From the IMG/VR virus record IMGVR_UViG_3300025168_000062: a DNA stretch of 64,000 nucleotides. One strand, given 5' to 3'. Made by a program: the position numbers and the translations under genes. Below, piece after piece: positions 9,050 through 21,400 of this stretch. A model generated the notes under the pieces. It had not been told where the DNA came from. It saw only the letters and a list, made by a program, of their open reading frames with translations, and did not search any database. This DNA comes from an uncultured virus (IMG/VR IMGVR_UViG_3300025168_000062) (taxonomy: Duplodnaviria > Heunggongvirae > Uroviricota > Caudoviricetes). The stretch's first letter is position 1. The number at the start of each line of letters is the position of its first letter.

Positions 9050-9099
9050 TGGCATACAAAAAGAAGAAAATAAGTAAGAAAAAGAAAAAGGGGTATTAA
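9049..9099 (+). CDS. Lysine-rich micropeptide MAYKKKKISKKKKKGY
   Basis: GAGGTGA SD; TAATG overlap with portal stop; fills the gap to the next gene. Confidence 0.55.
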   Translation: MAYKKKKISKKKKKGY

Positions 9100-9101
9100 G
9101 C

Positions 9102-10457
9102 ATGGTCAATCCACCACCACCCGTCGATAACGAGACACATGACGATTACATGGCAAGATGCACACTATCGGGACATTCAGAAGAATCCTGTATGGTAGCG
9201 CATGAAGGTCATAAGTTTATGGAACAGGATAAGGCACATACCCCTGCCGACCACAAAGCAAGTCAATCTTGCGTATGCGTGGATGAATGCCAAGAATTAC
9301 CTAACTGTAAAGATAAATCTATCAGTGTTGCTACTAAACTAACAGTAGATGATACTAAGATGTTTGTTAATGCAACAACGGGTGAAACGGTTATATTAAT
9401 CACAGGAACAGCATTTCATAGCGGAGCGAATAAGAACAATTGGGAGTTAGGCGCAGAAGCAGGTATGAGTGTTGCAGACCAACTAAAGGGAGCAGACTTA
9501 ACATTAAATCATCCTAAAGCAAACGGTGCAGGGTTTTCAAGAAATATGGATGGTGGAGTAGATGAGGCTACCGTTGGTATAGTGACCAAGGCAGAGTTTT
9601 TGCTAACAGAAGAAAAGGGAGCAGGATGGGTTGTTGAATACGAAGCAGAGGTTCATAGAAAAGAACTCTTTGAAGCATTAGAATCTGGTCTTTGGTTAAG
9701 ACCTGAATACGGTGTATCTATTGGCGGATATGGAATCCCCACAGAATATAACGAAGAAACAGGATATGCTATGTTCGCAAGTGAGTTCACATTAGACCAT
9801 TTGGCTATCGTTCATAGACCGGCTTATCCTGATGCAACAATTGACACAGCAACGGTAGTTAATGTTCAGAAAAGGGCTGAGCCAAAGGAGAGCATAGCAA
9901 CACTTAAGTATGGTGCGGCTCAAGTTCAAGCCAACGAGGAATCGAATATGACTGATGATGTAATTGAATCTAATGATATGAAGAACGAGCTCGAAGCGTT
10001 ACAGGCTGAATTAATTCTTAGCCGAGCGACTGTCGAGCAATTCCAAGCAAAAGAAGCAGAAGTGGCAGAAAGCCAAAGAGCATCTTTAGTGGAAGAAGCG
10101 ACTGCCCTTGGTCTGAGCGGACATGAAGCACTGCCTTCTGCTGTAATCACAAGTTTGATTGCATCATGGCAAGCATCTAATCCTCCAGCCGAGGTAAAAG
10201 AAATGAAGCCTGTTGAAGCGGCAAGCGAAGCAATAGTAGAGGCATCTGCCCCTGCTGTAAGCGGAGAAACTGTTTTCGTGGCTAATTACTTTAATGGTTC
10301 ACACCTAAAAACTGCTGAAAGCATTTATGCTAGAGCATTTAATTCATGGGCTAGTGCCTACAACAGAGGTCTTGGGATGTCTGATGATAAGGCTACTAGA
10401 TACGAAGACCTAAACCAAACACAAAGAGATTTACTAAACTTCACGGAGGAGAGATAA
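9102..10457 (+). CDS. Prohead protease fused to scaffold
   Basis: LNH...VSIG...HLAIVHRPAY protease-like motifs; coiled-coil acidic C-terminal half; lies between portal and capsid. Confidence 0.8.
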   Translation: MVNPPPPVDNETHDDYMARCTLSGHSEESCMVAHEGHKFMEQDKAHTPADHKASQSCVCVDECQELPNCKDKSISVATKLTVDDTKMFVNATTGETVILITGTAFHSGANKNNWELGAEAGMSVADQLKGADLTLNHPKANGAGFSRNMDGGVDEATVGIVTKAEFLLTEEKGAGWVVEYEAEVHRKELFEALESGLWLRPEYGVSIGGYGIPTEYNEETGYAMFASEFTLDHLAIVHRPAYPDATIDTATVVNVQKRAEPKESIATLKYGAAQVQANEESNMTDDVIESNDMKNELEALQAELILSRATVEQFQAKEAEVAESQRASLVEEATALGLSGHEALPSAVITSLIASWQASNPPAEVKEMKPVEAASEAIVEASAPAVSGETVFVANYFNGSHLKTAESIYARAFNSWASAYNRGLGMSDDKATRYEDLNQTQRDLLNFTEER

Positions 10458-10458
10458 T

Positions 10459-10884
10459 ATGAGTATCATAGGTAACAGTAACACAAGAAACGGAACATTA
10501 GCAAGCGGGCAGACGGTAGCAAACTCAGGATTTATTCTGAAAATTGCTTCCGGAGTATTAACAGTTGCAGGTGGTTCTTCATCAGCAGATGCAGATACAC
10601 CATTTGCAGTTTCTCTTGATGAATCATCACGAGACGTTGATGGTGCTTTAGTTGCGGCAGGTTCAGTTACATACTGTCCTTCCGGCGGCGTTATATGGAT
10701 GCGAGCAGATGCAGGCACATATAATCTTGGAGCAACAGTTTATCTTTCAGATACGGTCGCAGGCCGTGTTGATGCTACACAATCCTCAGGTGCTACCGCT
10801 ATCGGTATGTATGTGGGTGACCACGCAAAAGTTGTTGTGGCAGGCGAGTTAGTGCCTATCAATACTAACAACTCAAGTTGGTGA
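10459..10884 (+). CDS. Capsid decoration/cement protein
   Basis: 141-aa Gly/Ala-rich beta protein directly before the major capsid gene. Confidence 0.65.
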   Translation: MSIIGNSNTRNGTLASGQTVANSGFILKIASGVLTVAGGSSSADADTPFAVSLDESSRDVDGALVAAGSVTYCPSGGVIWMRADAGTYNLGATVYLSDTVAGRVDATQSSGATAIGMYVGDHAKVVVAGELVPINTNNSSW

Positions 10885-10890
10885 TTAAGA

Positions 10891-11844
10891 ATGGCGGGAC
10901 AAACATTAGAAGAAATATTGCAAGTAGAAGCGAAAGACGGTCCTTTTGGAAAGGGCGATTCTGTTTTAGAGCAGACATTAAGAGACTTTATTCAATTACA
11001 GTCTCTAACTATGTCTATCGGAACAAAATTAGTTGGGGTCAGAACAGTGCCTTGGCTAACTTTCAAATGGTATACAGGGGTCGAAGGAACATTCACCTAC
11101 CCATTAGATGACAATGCTATCGTTGATGCAACTAAAGAATTAACCAAATCATACAGCGTTGTATTGAAGAAAGGACAAGGTCGAACAACCTTCCTAGATT
11201 CAGTAAGACTACGTGGTGAAACATGGGAAACTCTTGACAGACAACAATTGGCTATCATTACTAACAGAGCGGCAGTTATTGATAACCTAATCCTAACTAA
11301 CCTTCGTGCTGGAGCAGGACAAACACTTGCAGTTGGCGGCGGAACAGCAAAATGGAATGGCGGAGCGGCGGCAGACCCAGAGCAAAATATGCTTGATGCT
11401 ATGGATTTAATTTTCACAAATGCTAGAGTAAGCGGTGATGAAGCAGTTGCTTTAGTCTTGCCTACTATTTGTAGAGGAACAATGTTAAACACACAATTGT
11501 TCGGAAATGTAATTCTATCCCTACAAGAGCACATGGCTGATATTGCTAACATAGCGGTTCACTATACACGAGACTTCGGTAACGGTTCAGGAGCGGCAGG
11601 CACAACAGGAGCACTTCAAAACGATGGACTTCTATTGATTCCGGGAGCAACAACAGCAGAGTTCTTCCAATACAACGGACCGGGCTTTATGGAAACTGAA
11701 TTAACAAGGATTCCAGGTCTAGGTTATGATTGGCTACTTACTTCATACTTCGGTATGGTAATACATGAACACCAAGATGCAGGCGTTGCGGCTGGAGCAG
11801 GAACAACCAACCGTATTGTAAAGATGACTGACCTAATCGCTTAA
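10891..11844 (+). CDS. Major capsid protein (HK97 fold, inferred)
   Basis: 317 aa; position after protease and decoration genes; GGTGA SD. Confidence 0.8.
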   Translation: MAGQTLEEILQVEAKDGPFGKGDSVLEQTLRDFIQLQSLTMSIGTKLVGVRTVPWLTFKWYTGVEGTFTYPLDDNAIVDATKELTKSYSVVLKKGQGRTTFLDSVRLRGETWETLDRQQLAIITNRAAVIDNLILTNLRAGAGQTLAVGGGTAKWNGGAAADPEQNMLDAMDLIFTNARVSGDEAVALVLPTICRGTMLNTQLFGNVILSLQEHMADIANIAVHYTRDFGNGSGAAGTTGALQNDGLLLIPGATTAEFFQYNGPGFMETELTRIPGLGYDWLLTSYFGMVIHEHQDAGVAAGAGTTNRIVKMTDLIA

Positions 11845-11855
11845 GGTGATTAGTA

Positions 11856-11978
11856 ATGGCAAAGCGTATTGGTAATCAGTGGGTGGAGGAAACTCCACCT
11901 GCTGAGAAGCCAAAGCCTAAAGCAAAAGCAAAGAAGGTGAAAAAAGATGGCGAAAAGCAATCGAGCAAGTCTGATTAA
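11856..11978 (+). CDS. Small Lys/Pro-rich protein (40 aa)
   Basis: MAKRIGNQWVEETPPAEKPKPKAKAKK...; AGGTGA SD. Confidence 0.6.
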   Translation: MAKRIGNQWVEETPPAEKPKPKAKAKKVKKDGEKQSSKSD

Positions 11979-12291
11979 GAGACTTAAAGATTCATCCATC
12001 GACTTTCCTAGCAAAGCAACGGTCAGCGAACTAGAACATATCCTATCTTCACGCGAAGGTGGTAAGGGCTACGTTCTTAGGGCTATTAAGCCAACATCTA
12101 GAGGAACAGGTCCTGCAAAGGGCTTTCCAAATAACGAAAGTGTTTGGGTCCCATCTAGTGCTTATGCAAGGGCTATTGTGGATTCAAAACCTCACATAGT
12201 GACCGTTGTTGGCAGACTTAGCGAAGCACAAGTGCCAAATACCATGCGGGTCATAGAGATACCGGAGGAGTGGTATGGCAGTAACAACTGA
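11947..12291 (+). CDS. Hypothetical protein with N-terminal HeH/SAP-like helical motif
   Basis: LIKRLKDSSIDFPSKATVSELEHIL; GGTGA SD. Confidence 0.6.
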   Translation: MAKSNRASLIKRLKDSSIDFPSKATVSELEHILSSREGGKGYVLRAIKPTSRGTGPAKGFPNNESVWVPSSAYARAIVDSKPHIVTVVGRLSEAQVPNTMRVIEIPEEWYGSNN

Positions 12292-12679
12292 TAACATCAG
12301 AGACTTATTAAATCGCCCAAGAGGACTTCTCGATGGAACAATTACTGAATATATCAGTATGCGAACATTAGAAGTAAACAAGGTGGCGAGAAGTTCAACA
12401 CTATATGGTGTGACTCCGGCAAACGCCGTTACTTCTGATTTAATCGAAGCCGCTATTAAAGCATTAGTTGCGGTCGATTGTCTTTTAGTATTGGTTGATA
12501 CTATCCCCTCATATTACACAGAAGAAAGTGGTCGGTTTGCGGAACAAAGATTCCGAACTCAGTTAGGTGAAATGTCTAAAAGAGCCGAAAACCTGTATAG
12601 TCAGGTTAGAGAAGTAGGTGGAACAGCATTTAGCGTAAAGAGCACAACGAGCCGATTGTCAGGAGACAATACGGTTTGA
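12275..12679 (+). CDS. Putative head completion/adaptor protein
   Basis: 134 aa helical; N-terminal 'VTTDNIRDLL' pattern; position after capsid. Confidence 0.5.
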   Translation: MAVTTDNIRDLLNRPRGLLDGTITEYISMRTLEVNKVARSSTLYGVTPANAVTSDLIEAAIKALVAVDCLLVLVDTIPSYYTEESGRFAEQRFRTQLGEMSKRAENLYSQVREVGGTAFSVKSTTSRLSGDNTV

Positions 12680-12685
12680 TGATTT

Positions 12686-15298
12686 ATGGCTGATTTTTAT
12701 TGGATTGGAGATGGGGCTGATAATTATGCTTCTACTGTTAGTAATTGGCACGTTGGCTCTGCAACAGGCGCAAACGCATTTGCCGCTCCGGGCTCTTCTG
12801 ATACCGTTCATTTTGGCTCTTATTCCACGACTCTATGTAGTTGGAATATAACATCTATCAATAGAATAGAGATGGAAGTGGATTCGTCAGACAGAAGATT
12901 TAATTCCTATCTCGATATTAATTGTGATGTTTCGCTGAATGGTTTAATACTAGACGGTGAATTACGTTGTCTTGCTAACCCATTTACACTAAACTTTAAC
13001 GGCACACCCCCCTATAATGGAAGATATGTTAAGAATGGTAAATACGCCGTATTACATTCAACTGCTTTACTCCAATTAAACTATAAGTTAATAGGAGGAG
13101 TTTTTTACTTAGATACAGGACCGCATCCTACGGTGACCTTTAGCACAGGAACATTTAGGCCGCAGTTTGTAACTCCTTATTCTAATTTTAATTCTGATGA
13201 TTCCCCTAGAACAATAATAGATGTTTTCAAATTACAAATCGCATCCACATTCACAGCAGTAGAGCCTTCGGGTTCTAATAGAAGCGATAGGCAAGTCAAA
13301 ATAAGAATAGGAGATGTTCACTCATCCTCTTTTACTTGCGCTATTAATACCCTAAACTTTGGTTTCGCCACATTAGCATTACCCGGTCAGTCAGCAGGCA
13401 CGAGAACTGTTCCTGTAAGTAATAATTTTTATAGTGGTAGAACGTATGGTGGGACTTCGGGGCAATTTACTGCAAAGATGTATGGGCTTCATATTTACAA
13501 TCCGACTCCTGTAACCTACAAGGGCGTAAATGCTTTGTATGCTAAAGTATTCGATGATTCACGTTTAAGCCTACATACATTGGAAATAGATGCGGGTTGT
13601 ATGTTGTTAGGAGATATAAAATCAGAAATAGAATTAGTATCTCTTCCTATAATAAATGGAAGTATAGGTAATTTTACACAAGTCTCATCTAATCTTTATC
13701 GTGCGGTAGAGGATAGTGGACCTTTGGAACAATCATTAACACCAATTTTTCTTGGTGGAACAGGTGTAAGCACAATAGGAACTTCAAATCAAGTGCTTCG
13801 GGTTAATTCAGGAGCAACAGGCTTAGAGTGGGCAACAGTAACAAGTGGTGGTCCAACAGGGGCTACTGGTCCTACTGGGGGTTCAGGTCCAACCGGACCT
13901 GCTGGAGCAGACGGAACAACAGGACCACAAGGTCCTAGTGGAGCCGCAGGACCAACTGGTCCTACGGGACCTACTGGTAATAACGGTTCTACTGGTCCCA
14001 CAGGACCTGCCGGTGCTAGTGGACTTACTGGAAATACAGGGGCTACTGGCTCACCCGGAGCAACAGGTCCCACAGGATTAACAGGAGCGGCTGGAGCCGC
14101 CGGAAGCACAGGACCTGCTGGCTCAACCGGAGCCGCTGGACCTACTGGCTCAACGGGTCCTACTGGATTAACGGGAGCAACCGGACCTACTGGTCCTTCG
14201 GGAGCAGATGGTAATGACGGCTCTGCTGGTCCAACCGGACCTACTGGATTAACAGGGGCTACTGGAGCGACTGGTCCTGCGGGGGTTCAAGGAGCAACAG
14301 GATTAACAGGTGCTCAGGGATTAACAGGGGCTACTGGTCCAACGGGACCTACTGGGGCAGACTCAACAGTCGCAGGACCTACTGGACCTAGTGGTAATAC
14401 GGGACCTACTGGAAGTGCAGGTGCTACTGGTCCAACCGGACCCACAGGTGCTTCGGGGTCAGACGGGGCAGATTCAACGGTTGCTGGTCCAGCAGGAGCA
14501 ACAGGTCCTACTGGTAATACTGGACCTACTGGTCCTATTGGCTTAACAGGAGCCGCAGGACCTGCCGGTAATACCGGAGCAACGGGAGCGGCGGGGGCAG
14601 ATGGTGAAACAGGACCTACTGGCTCAACAGGGGGAACGGGTTCAACAGGACCGCAAGGTCCTACTGGACCAGCAGGTATTACAGGACCACAGGGTCCGGC
14701 AGGGAATACAGGTGCGGCTGGTCCTACTGGCTCGGCCGGTCCCACAGGACCTACGGGGGCTACTGGCTCAACAGGACCTAATGGTGATACGGGAGCAATA
14801 GGACCTTTGGGTCCTACGGGTCCAACAGGTTTGGCAGGGGCTACTGGTCCAGCATCAACAGTTGCAGGTCCCACAGGACCTACTGGCTCAACAGGCTCAA
14901 CAGGAGCCACCGGACCGCAAGGCGGAATAGGATTAACTGGACCAGCAGGTCCAAGCGGCTCAACTGGACCACAAGGGGTTGCGGGTGCTAGTGGACCAAC
15001 AGGTCCTACTGGCTCTACTGGACCCACAGGAAGTTCCGGTTCAACAGGAAGTCAAGGTAATGCAGGTCCCACAGGTTCAGGCGGACCGTCTGGTCCGACC
15101 GGAGCAAGCGGACCTACTGGTCCCACAGGCTCAACTGGAGCAACAGGTCCGACAGGGGCTACTGGCTCGCAAGGTCCTGCTGGACCTATTGGTCCTCAAG
15201 GCACACTTTCAGCAGAAGGTAAGGGAAGCCTTGATATGGGTCCGTTGGTCGTAAGTGGAACTCAGAGTGTGATAACTTTTGGGTCATTAGTAGTTTAG
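12686..15298 (+). CDS. Collagen-like virion fibre protein 1
   Basis: About 390-aa N-terminal beta domain, then about 450 aa of Gly-X-Y (GPT/GAT/GST). Confidence 0.9.
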   Translation: MADFYWIGDGADNYASTVSNWHVGSATGANAFAAPGSSDTVHFGSYSTTLCSWNITSINRIEMEVDSSDRRFNSYLDINCDVSLNGLILDGELRCLANPFTLNFNGTPPYNGRYVKNGKYAVLHSTALLQLNYKLIGGVFYLDTGPHPTVTFSTGTFRPQFVTPYSNFNSDDSPRTIIDVFKLQIASTFTAVEPSGSNRSDRQVKIRIGDVHSSSFTCAINTLNFGFATLALPGQSAGTRTVPVSNNFYSGRTYGGTSGQFTAKMYGLHIYNPTPVTYKGVNALYAKVFDDSRLSLHTLEIDAGCMLLGDIKSEIELVSLPIINGSIGNFTQVSSNLYRAVEDSGPLEQSLTPIFLGGTGVSTIGTSNQVLRVNSGATGLEWATVTSGGPTGATGPTGGSGPTGPAGADGTTGPQGPSGAAGPTGPTGPTGNNGSTGPTGPAGASGLTGNTGATGSPGATGPTGLTGAAGAAGSTGPAGSTGAAGPTGSTGPTGLTGATGPTGPSGADGNDGSAGPTGPTGLTGATGATGPAGVQGATGLTGAQGLTGATGPTGPTGADSTVAGPTGPSGNTGPTGSAGATGPTGPTGASGSDGADSTVAGPAGATGPTGNTGPTGPIGLTGAAGPAGNTGATGAAGADGETGPTGSTGGTGSTGPQGPTGPAGITGPQGPAGNTGAAGPTGSAGPTGPTGATGSTGPNGDTGAIGPLGPTGPTGLAGATGPASTVAGPTGPTGSTGSTGATGPQGGIGLTGPAGPSGSTGPQGVAGASGPTGPTGSTGPTGSSGSTGSQGNAGPTGSGGPSGPTGASGPTGPTGSTGATGPTGATGSQGPAGPIGPQGTLSAEGKGSLDMGPLVVSGTQSVITFGSLVV

Positions 15299-15400
15299 GG
15301 GTGAGTTAGAGGTGAGAAGATAATGGATGATTTAGGATGTGGAATTGAAGCCCATCCTTTTATCATATCAATTATGAAGATGATAGGTATAGTGATTTAG

Positions 15401-18400
15401 ATGACAGCAACAAGCAACAAAAACTTAATTTCAGATACACAAAGCAATAGACTTTCTGTGACTCCAGCAACAGAGCAATTAATAAAAGATACAACATCAA
15501 ATGCTTTATTCGTTGGTGATGGAACAACAGTAGGTGGAAGAGCAGTTGATGCAAGACCTGTAAAAAACCTAAGCACGAACTATACCCTTACAAGAGAAGA
15601 AGAAGGTAAAATATTACTCATGAATAGTAGCACTTCTCGCACTATTACAATTCCCCCCAACTCAGCAGTTTCTTTTCCTACTAATCTAACAAGAATACCA
15701 TTTATAAATCTAGGCACAGCCGCATTAACATTCACAGCCGGAACAGGAGTAACAATAAATCCTGTTTCTCATTCAGTGGGGCAACATGAAGGTGGAGAAC
15801 TTGTCAAAACAAGCATAAATACATGGATTGTTCTTTTAGCAAGAGCAGGTGCAGACGGAGCGGCAGGAGCCACAGGTTCGACAGGTCCTGCGGGACCAGC
15901 GGGACCAGCGGGACCACAAGGTAATGCAGGTCCATCGGGAGGAACTGGACCAGCAGGTAGCACCGGACCTACGGGACCTAGTGGTGCAGATGGTGCAGAT
16001 GGCTCAACAGGACCTAGTGGACCTACTGGTCCAACAGGGGTAGCCGGACCAACCGGACCTGCGGGTGCGGCCGGAAATGACGGGGGAACAGGACCGACAG
16101 GTGCAACTGGTCCTACTGGAGCGACTGGTTCTGCGGGACCAGCAGGAAATACTGGACCTACTGGTCCAGCCGGAGCAGATGGACCTACTGGTTCAGCAGG
16201 GTCAACTGGTCCAACCGGATTAACAGGACCTGCCGGTCCTACTGGTTCACAAGGTCCAGCCGGAGCAGACGGAAACGATGGAGGAACCGGACCCACAGGG
16301 GCTCAAGGTTCAACAGGACCTGCCGGAGCCGCTGGACCAACAGGAAGTCAAGGTCCTACTGGGGCTACGGGTCCAACAGGTAATTTTGGTGGAGCAACTT
16401 TTAAGTATAATATTCTATTAGGTAATACCGCAGATTCCGACCCCGGAGCAGGCAAGATTAAGTTTAACGATACAACACAAAATGGAGCATCACATCTTTA
16501 CATTGACGATACAGATATTCAAGGAACTGACATTCAGACATTTTTAAGAACAATAGATGATTCCACATCAGCAGTAAAAGGTCATATAAAAATAAGCGAT
16601 TGGGATGATTCAGCAGATTTTATTCTATATCAGATAAGTGCGCTTGCTGAGGATAATGGTTGGTTTGATGTATCAGTAAGTCCTATTGATTCTTCGGAAA
16701 ATAGCCCCTTCACAACAGGGGAAGAAGTTGCATTAACATTCACAAGAACAGGAGATAAAGGAGACATTGGTAATACTGGACCTACTGGTTCACAAGGACC
16801 ACAAGGTCCTACAGGTGGAAGCGGTCCAACTGGACCATCCGGACCTTCGGGACCTACTGGTGCGGCCGGTCCAACAGGAGCAGATGGACCTGCGGGAAGC
16901 ACCGGACCTGCGGGAGCACAGGGTATTCAAGGTGCAACCGGAGCGAACGGACCGGCGGGTCCTACTGGTCCTACCGGAAGCACAGGAGGAACAGGTCCAA
17001 CAGGTCCTTCCGGTCCAGCCGGACCAACAGGTGCGAAAGGTTTGACTTTTGAAGGTAATTGGCAGAGTTCGACAGCATACGCAATAGATGACTTAGTGTA
17101 TTATTCAGTAAACGGTCAATCATATATCTGCATACAGACTCATACATCATCGGGTTCTATTATCCCGACTACTGCCCCTTATTGGAATATTATAGTGCAA
17201 GCAGGGTCAGATGGTTCAGACGGTTCTGATGGAGCCGCAGGTCCGACAGGACCAGCAGGTTCGACAGGTCCGGCAGGAGCGGCAGGTCCTACTGGACCAA
17301 CAGGCTCAACAGGGCAAACAGGACCTAGTGGACCAGCAGGTAGCGATGGTTCGGATGGGGCAACAGGCTCAACGGGACCAGCGGGTCCGACTGGACCAAC
17401 AGGTCCGACAGGGGTAGCAGGACCTACTGGAAATACAGGTTCTCAAGGTTCAAAAGGTATGTTATGGCGAGATGCTTGGGCTACTGGAACTGTATACTCA
17501 GTTGATGATACCGTATTTTATTCGGGAACATCATATATTTGTAATCAACAACATACTTCATCCGGCTCGATATTACCAACTAACGGTTCTTATTGGGATG
17601 AGGTTGCATCTAAAGGAGATACAGGACCTACTGGTTCTGCTGGTCCAACAGGTCCTACTGGAGCAAGTGGTGGAACAGGTCCGACAGGTGCGGCAGGAGC
17701 TCAAGGAAGCACTGGACCTAGTGGACCTACTGGTCCTACTGGAAGTGCCGGTCCAACAGGAGGGGCTGGTCCAACAGGTCCGACTGGACCAACAGGTCCT
17801 GCTGGAGCGGATGGTAATGATGGAGGCGCAGGTGCTACTGGTCCAACAGGTGCGGCGGGTTCTACTGGTCCTAGTGGCTCAACAGGACCGACTGGTCCGA
17901 CTGGTCCGCAAGGAATACAAGGTAATACAGGAACTACTGGTGCAACAGGACCAGCAGGCTCTTTTGGTGGTGCTTCATTCCAATACGATTATAATAACAC
18001 AACAACAATGTCCGACCCCGGAGCAGGTAATGTTAGGTTAAATCAGAGCGTTCAATCAACTTCAACAAAAATAGCAATTGATGATAAAGACATTAACAGC
18101 GAAGATATATCCTCTTTTCTTCAAACTATTGATGATTCCACTTCGACTATTAAAGGCCATGTTAAAATTACTAAAAAAGCCGACCATGGGGAATATCTAA
18201 TATTTACAATTTCTTCTTTGACAGACCATAGTGGTTGGATGGAAATAAATGTTGCTTGTGTAGGCTCCACCAATGGAACAGTTTTTACCGTTGGTGATGA
18301 TATAATAGTGACCTTTGCTAGAACAGGAGATGCAGGCGCAACCGGACCTACCGGTCCAACCGGACCAGCAGGACCTACTGGCTCACAGGGAGCAACAGGA

Positions 18401-21400
18401 CCAAGTGGTTCAACAGGTCCTACTGGACCCGCAGGCAGTGATGGGAATGACGGGGGAACTGGTCCTACTGGACCAAGCGGTCCGGCAGGTGCAGATTCAA
18501 CAGTGGCCGGTCCTACTGGACCCGCAGGCGCGGCAGGACCTACTGGTCCTACTGGTGCGGCAGGCTCAACTGGACCAACAGGTGCAAACGGTCCGGCAGG
18601 TCCTACAGGGGCGGGAGGAGCCGATGGAAATGACGGTGCAACAGGACCAACTGGTCTTACTGGACCAAGTGGTCCAACAGGTCCGCAAGGAGCAACAGGA
18701 AGTGCAGGCAGTGATGGCTCAGCAGGACCAACAGGACCTACTGGTTCACAAGGCTCTGCTGGAGCGGCCGCAGGGTTTGGAACGCCAACAATAAGTTCAG
18801 GTCCTTTGGCTATTAACCCATCAGGTCCAGACACAGCAAAAATATTCGGATTTGTAATTCCTCCCGGAGCAACAGGACCTACTGGTCCACAAGGTTCAAC
18901 CGGTCCTACCGGACCAACAGGTCCAGCCGGAGCATCAGGTGATGCAGGTTCAACAGGTCCAACCGGACCTAGTGGAGGCACAGGTCCTACTGGACCCACA
19001 GGGGCAACAGGCTCAGTAGGTCCAACAGGAAATACAGGAGCCGCAGGTTCAGATGGAAATACAGGACCTAGCGGAGCCGCCGCAGGGTTCGGTTCACCTA
19101 CAGTTTCAACAGGAAATGCAGGCACTAACGCAAGTATAGGCTCATCAGGTCCTGACACAGCAAAAGTTTTTGCATTCACAATCCCTAGAGGAAATACCGG
19201 CGCAACAGGCGCACAAGGTCCTACTGGTCCTACTGGAGGAACAGGACCTACTGGTCCTACGGGACCTAGTGGTCCAAGCGGAGCAGACGGTGATGACGGT
19301 AATGATGGAGCAACAGGTCCTACGGGTCTAACAGGTCCGGCAGGTGGGACTGGCTCTACTGGAAATACAGGTCCTACTGGACCCACAGGTCCTACTGGTC
19401 CAACGGGACCTACCGGACCTGATGGTGATGATGGGTCAGATGGAAACACAGGACCTACTGGTGCATCAGCAGGGTTTGGAACACCTACGGCAAGCACAGG
19501 ACCTATTGGTATAAGTGCAAGCGGTCCTTCTACTGCTAAAGTATTTGCTTTTACTATACCTGCGGGTGCTACTGGTCCAGCAGGACCAGCCGGTTCAACA
19601 GGTGGAACAGGCTCACAAGGACCTACCGGTCCAACAGGACCAACGGGACCAGCAGGTCCTACCGGTCCAGCCGGAAGCACAGGACCCGAAGGTTTAGTTT
19701 GGGAAGGCAATTGGGCTACATCAACATCATATCAAGTCGATGATGCAGTTTATTATGCTACTGATGAATCTTCATATATTTGTATTCAAGCACACACTTC
19801 ATCCGGTTCTATTTTACCAACCAATACTTCTTATTGGAGCGTGTTAGCGTCTGCCGGAGACACTGGTCCAACAGGTCCAGCAGGACCAACGGGTCCTACG
19901 GGACCAACCGGACCTGCGGGCTCTACGGGTCCTGCCGGTCCAACAGGAGCAGATGGTGATGATGGCGGGACAGGTCCTACTGGACCAGCCGCAGGATTCG
20001 GAACACCGACAGCAAGCACTGGACCAATAAGTATTTCATCAAGTGGACCTAACACAGCAAAGGTGTTTGCATTCTCTATACCGGCAGGTGCAACAGGTTC
20101 GACTGGTCCAACAGGTCCTACCGGACCCACAGGACCAGCAGGCTCTAATGGTTCTGATGGTAATGATGGTGGAACTGGACCGACAGGTCCAACGGGTCCT
20201 ACTGGACCTGCGGGAAGCGACGGTTCAGACGGAAGCACAGGCTCTACTGGCAATACAGGTCCTACTGGTCCTACTGGTCCCGCAGGAGGCACAGGACCGA
20301 CAGGTCCCACAGGTCCAACAGGCAATACTGGCTCAGCCGCAGGCTTTGGGACCCCTACTGTATCAACAGGCGTAGCAGGTTCTAATGCTAGTATTTCTTC
20401 AAGCGGACCTAATACTGCTAAAGTATTCGGTTTTACAATCCCTAGAGGCAACACAGGGGCTACTGGTCCTACTGGTCCTACTGGAGGAACTGGAAATACT
20501 GGTCCTACTGGAAACACAGGTCCGACAGGTCCTACTGGTCCTACTGGACCCGATGGTGATGACGGCACAGACGGAGGAACAGGGCCTCAAGGAACGGCGG
20601 CAGGTTTCGGGACCCCAACAGTAAGCACAGGGTCAGCCGGAAGTAATGCTTCAATTTCATCTAGTGGACCTAATACTGCAAAGGTTTTTGCGTTTACAAT
20701 TCCAAGAGGTAATACGGGGGCAACTGGAGCCGCAGGTAATAACGGTAATGATGGTAATGATGGAGCCGCCGCCGGATTTGGAACTCCTACAGTAAGCACC
20801 GGAAACGCAGGCACTAATGCTTCTATAAGTTCCTCAGGTCCTAATACAGCCAAAGTGTTCGCATTTACTATTCCAAGAGGTGCTACTGGGGCTAGTGGTG
20901 GTGCAGGTCCAGCAGGAGCCTCAGCAGGCTTTGGGACACCAACGGTAGCAAGTGGACCATTAGCAATTGCTTCTAGTGGTCCCGATACCGCAAAAGTATT
21001 TGGTTTTACAATTCCTCCCGGAGCAACTGGTCCGACAGGTCCAACTGGTCCGACAGGACCCACTGGTCCAACAGGACCTACCGGTCCCGTAGGTCCAACG
21101 GGACCAGACGGTGATGATGGTTCAGACGGTAGCGATGGTGCTACGGGACCTACTGGTCCCACAGGACCTACTGGTCCCACAGGAGGCCAAGGAACACAAG
21201 GAAATACAGGACCTACTGGTCCAAGTGGCGTTGCAGGTGGGTTAGATGACTTAACAGATGCTAAGGTCACTAACAACAGTATATGGATAGGTCACCAAAC
21301 AACAGGAAGTCTAAATAACGCATCAGATAACTTAGGTGTTGGTGTTGGTGCTCTAGATGCAATCCAAAGCGGAGATAGAAACGTGGCTTTGGGAAGAAAT

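Noticed and set aside
13789..21276. Long antisense Pro/Gly/Val ORFs (e.g. 18121-19710)
   Set aside because: Shadow frames of the collagen Gly-X-Y codon repeats
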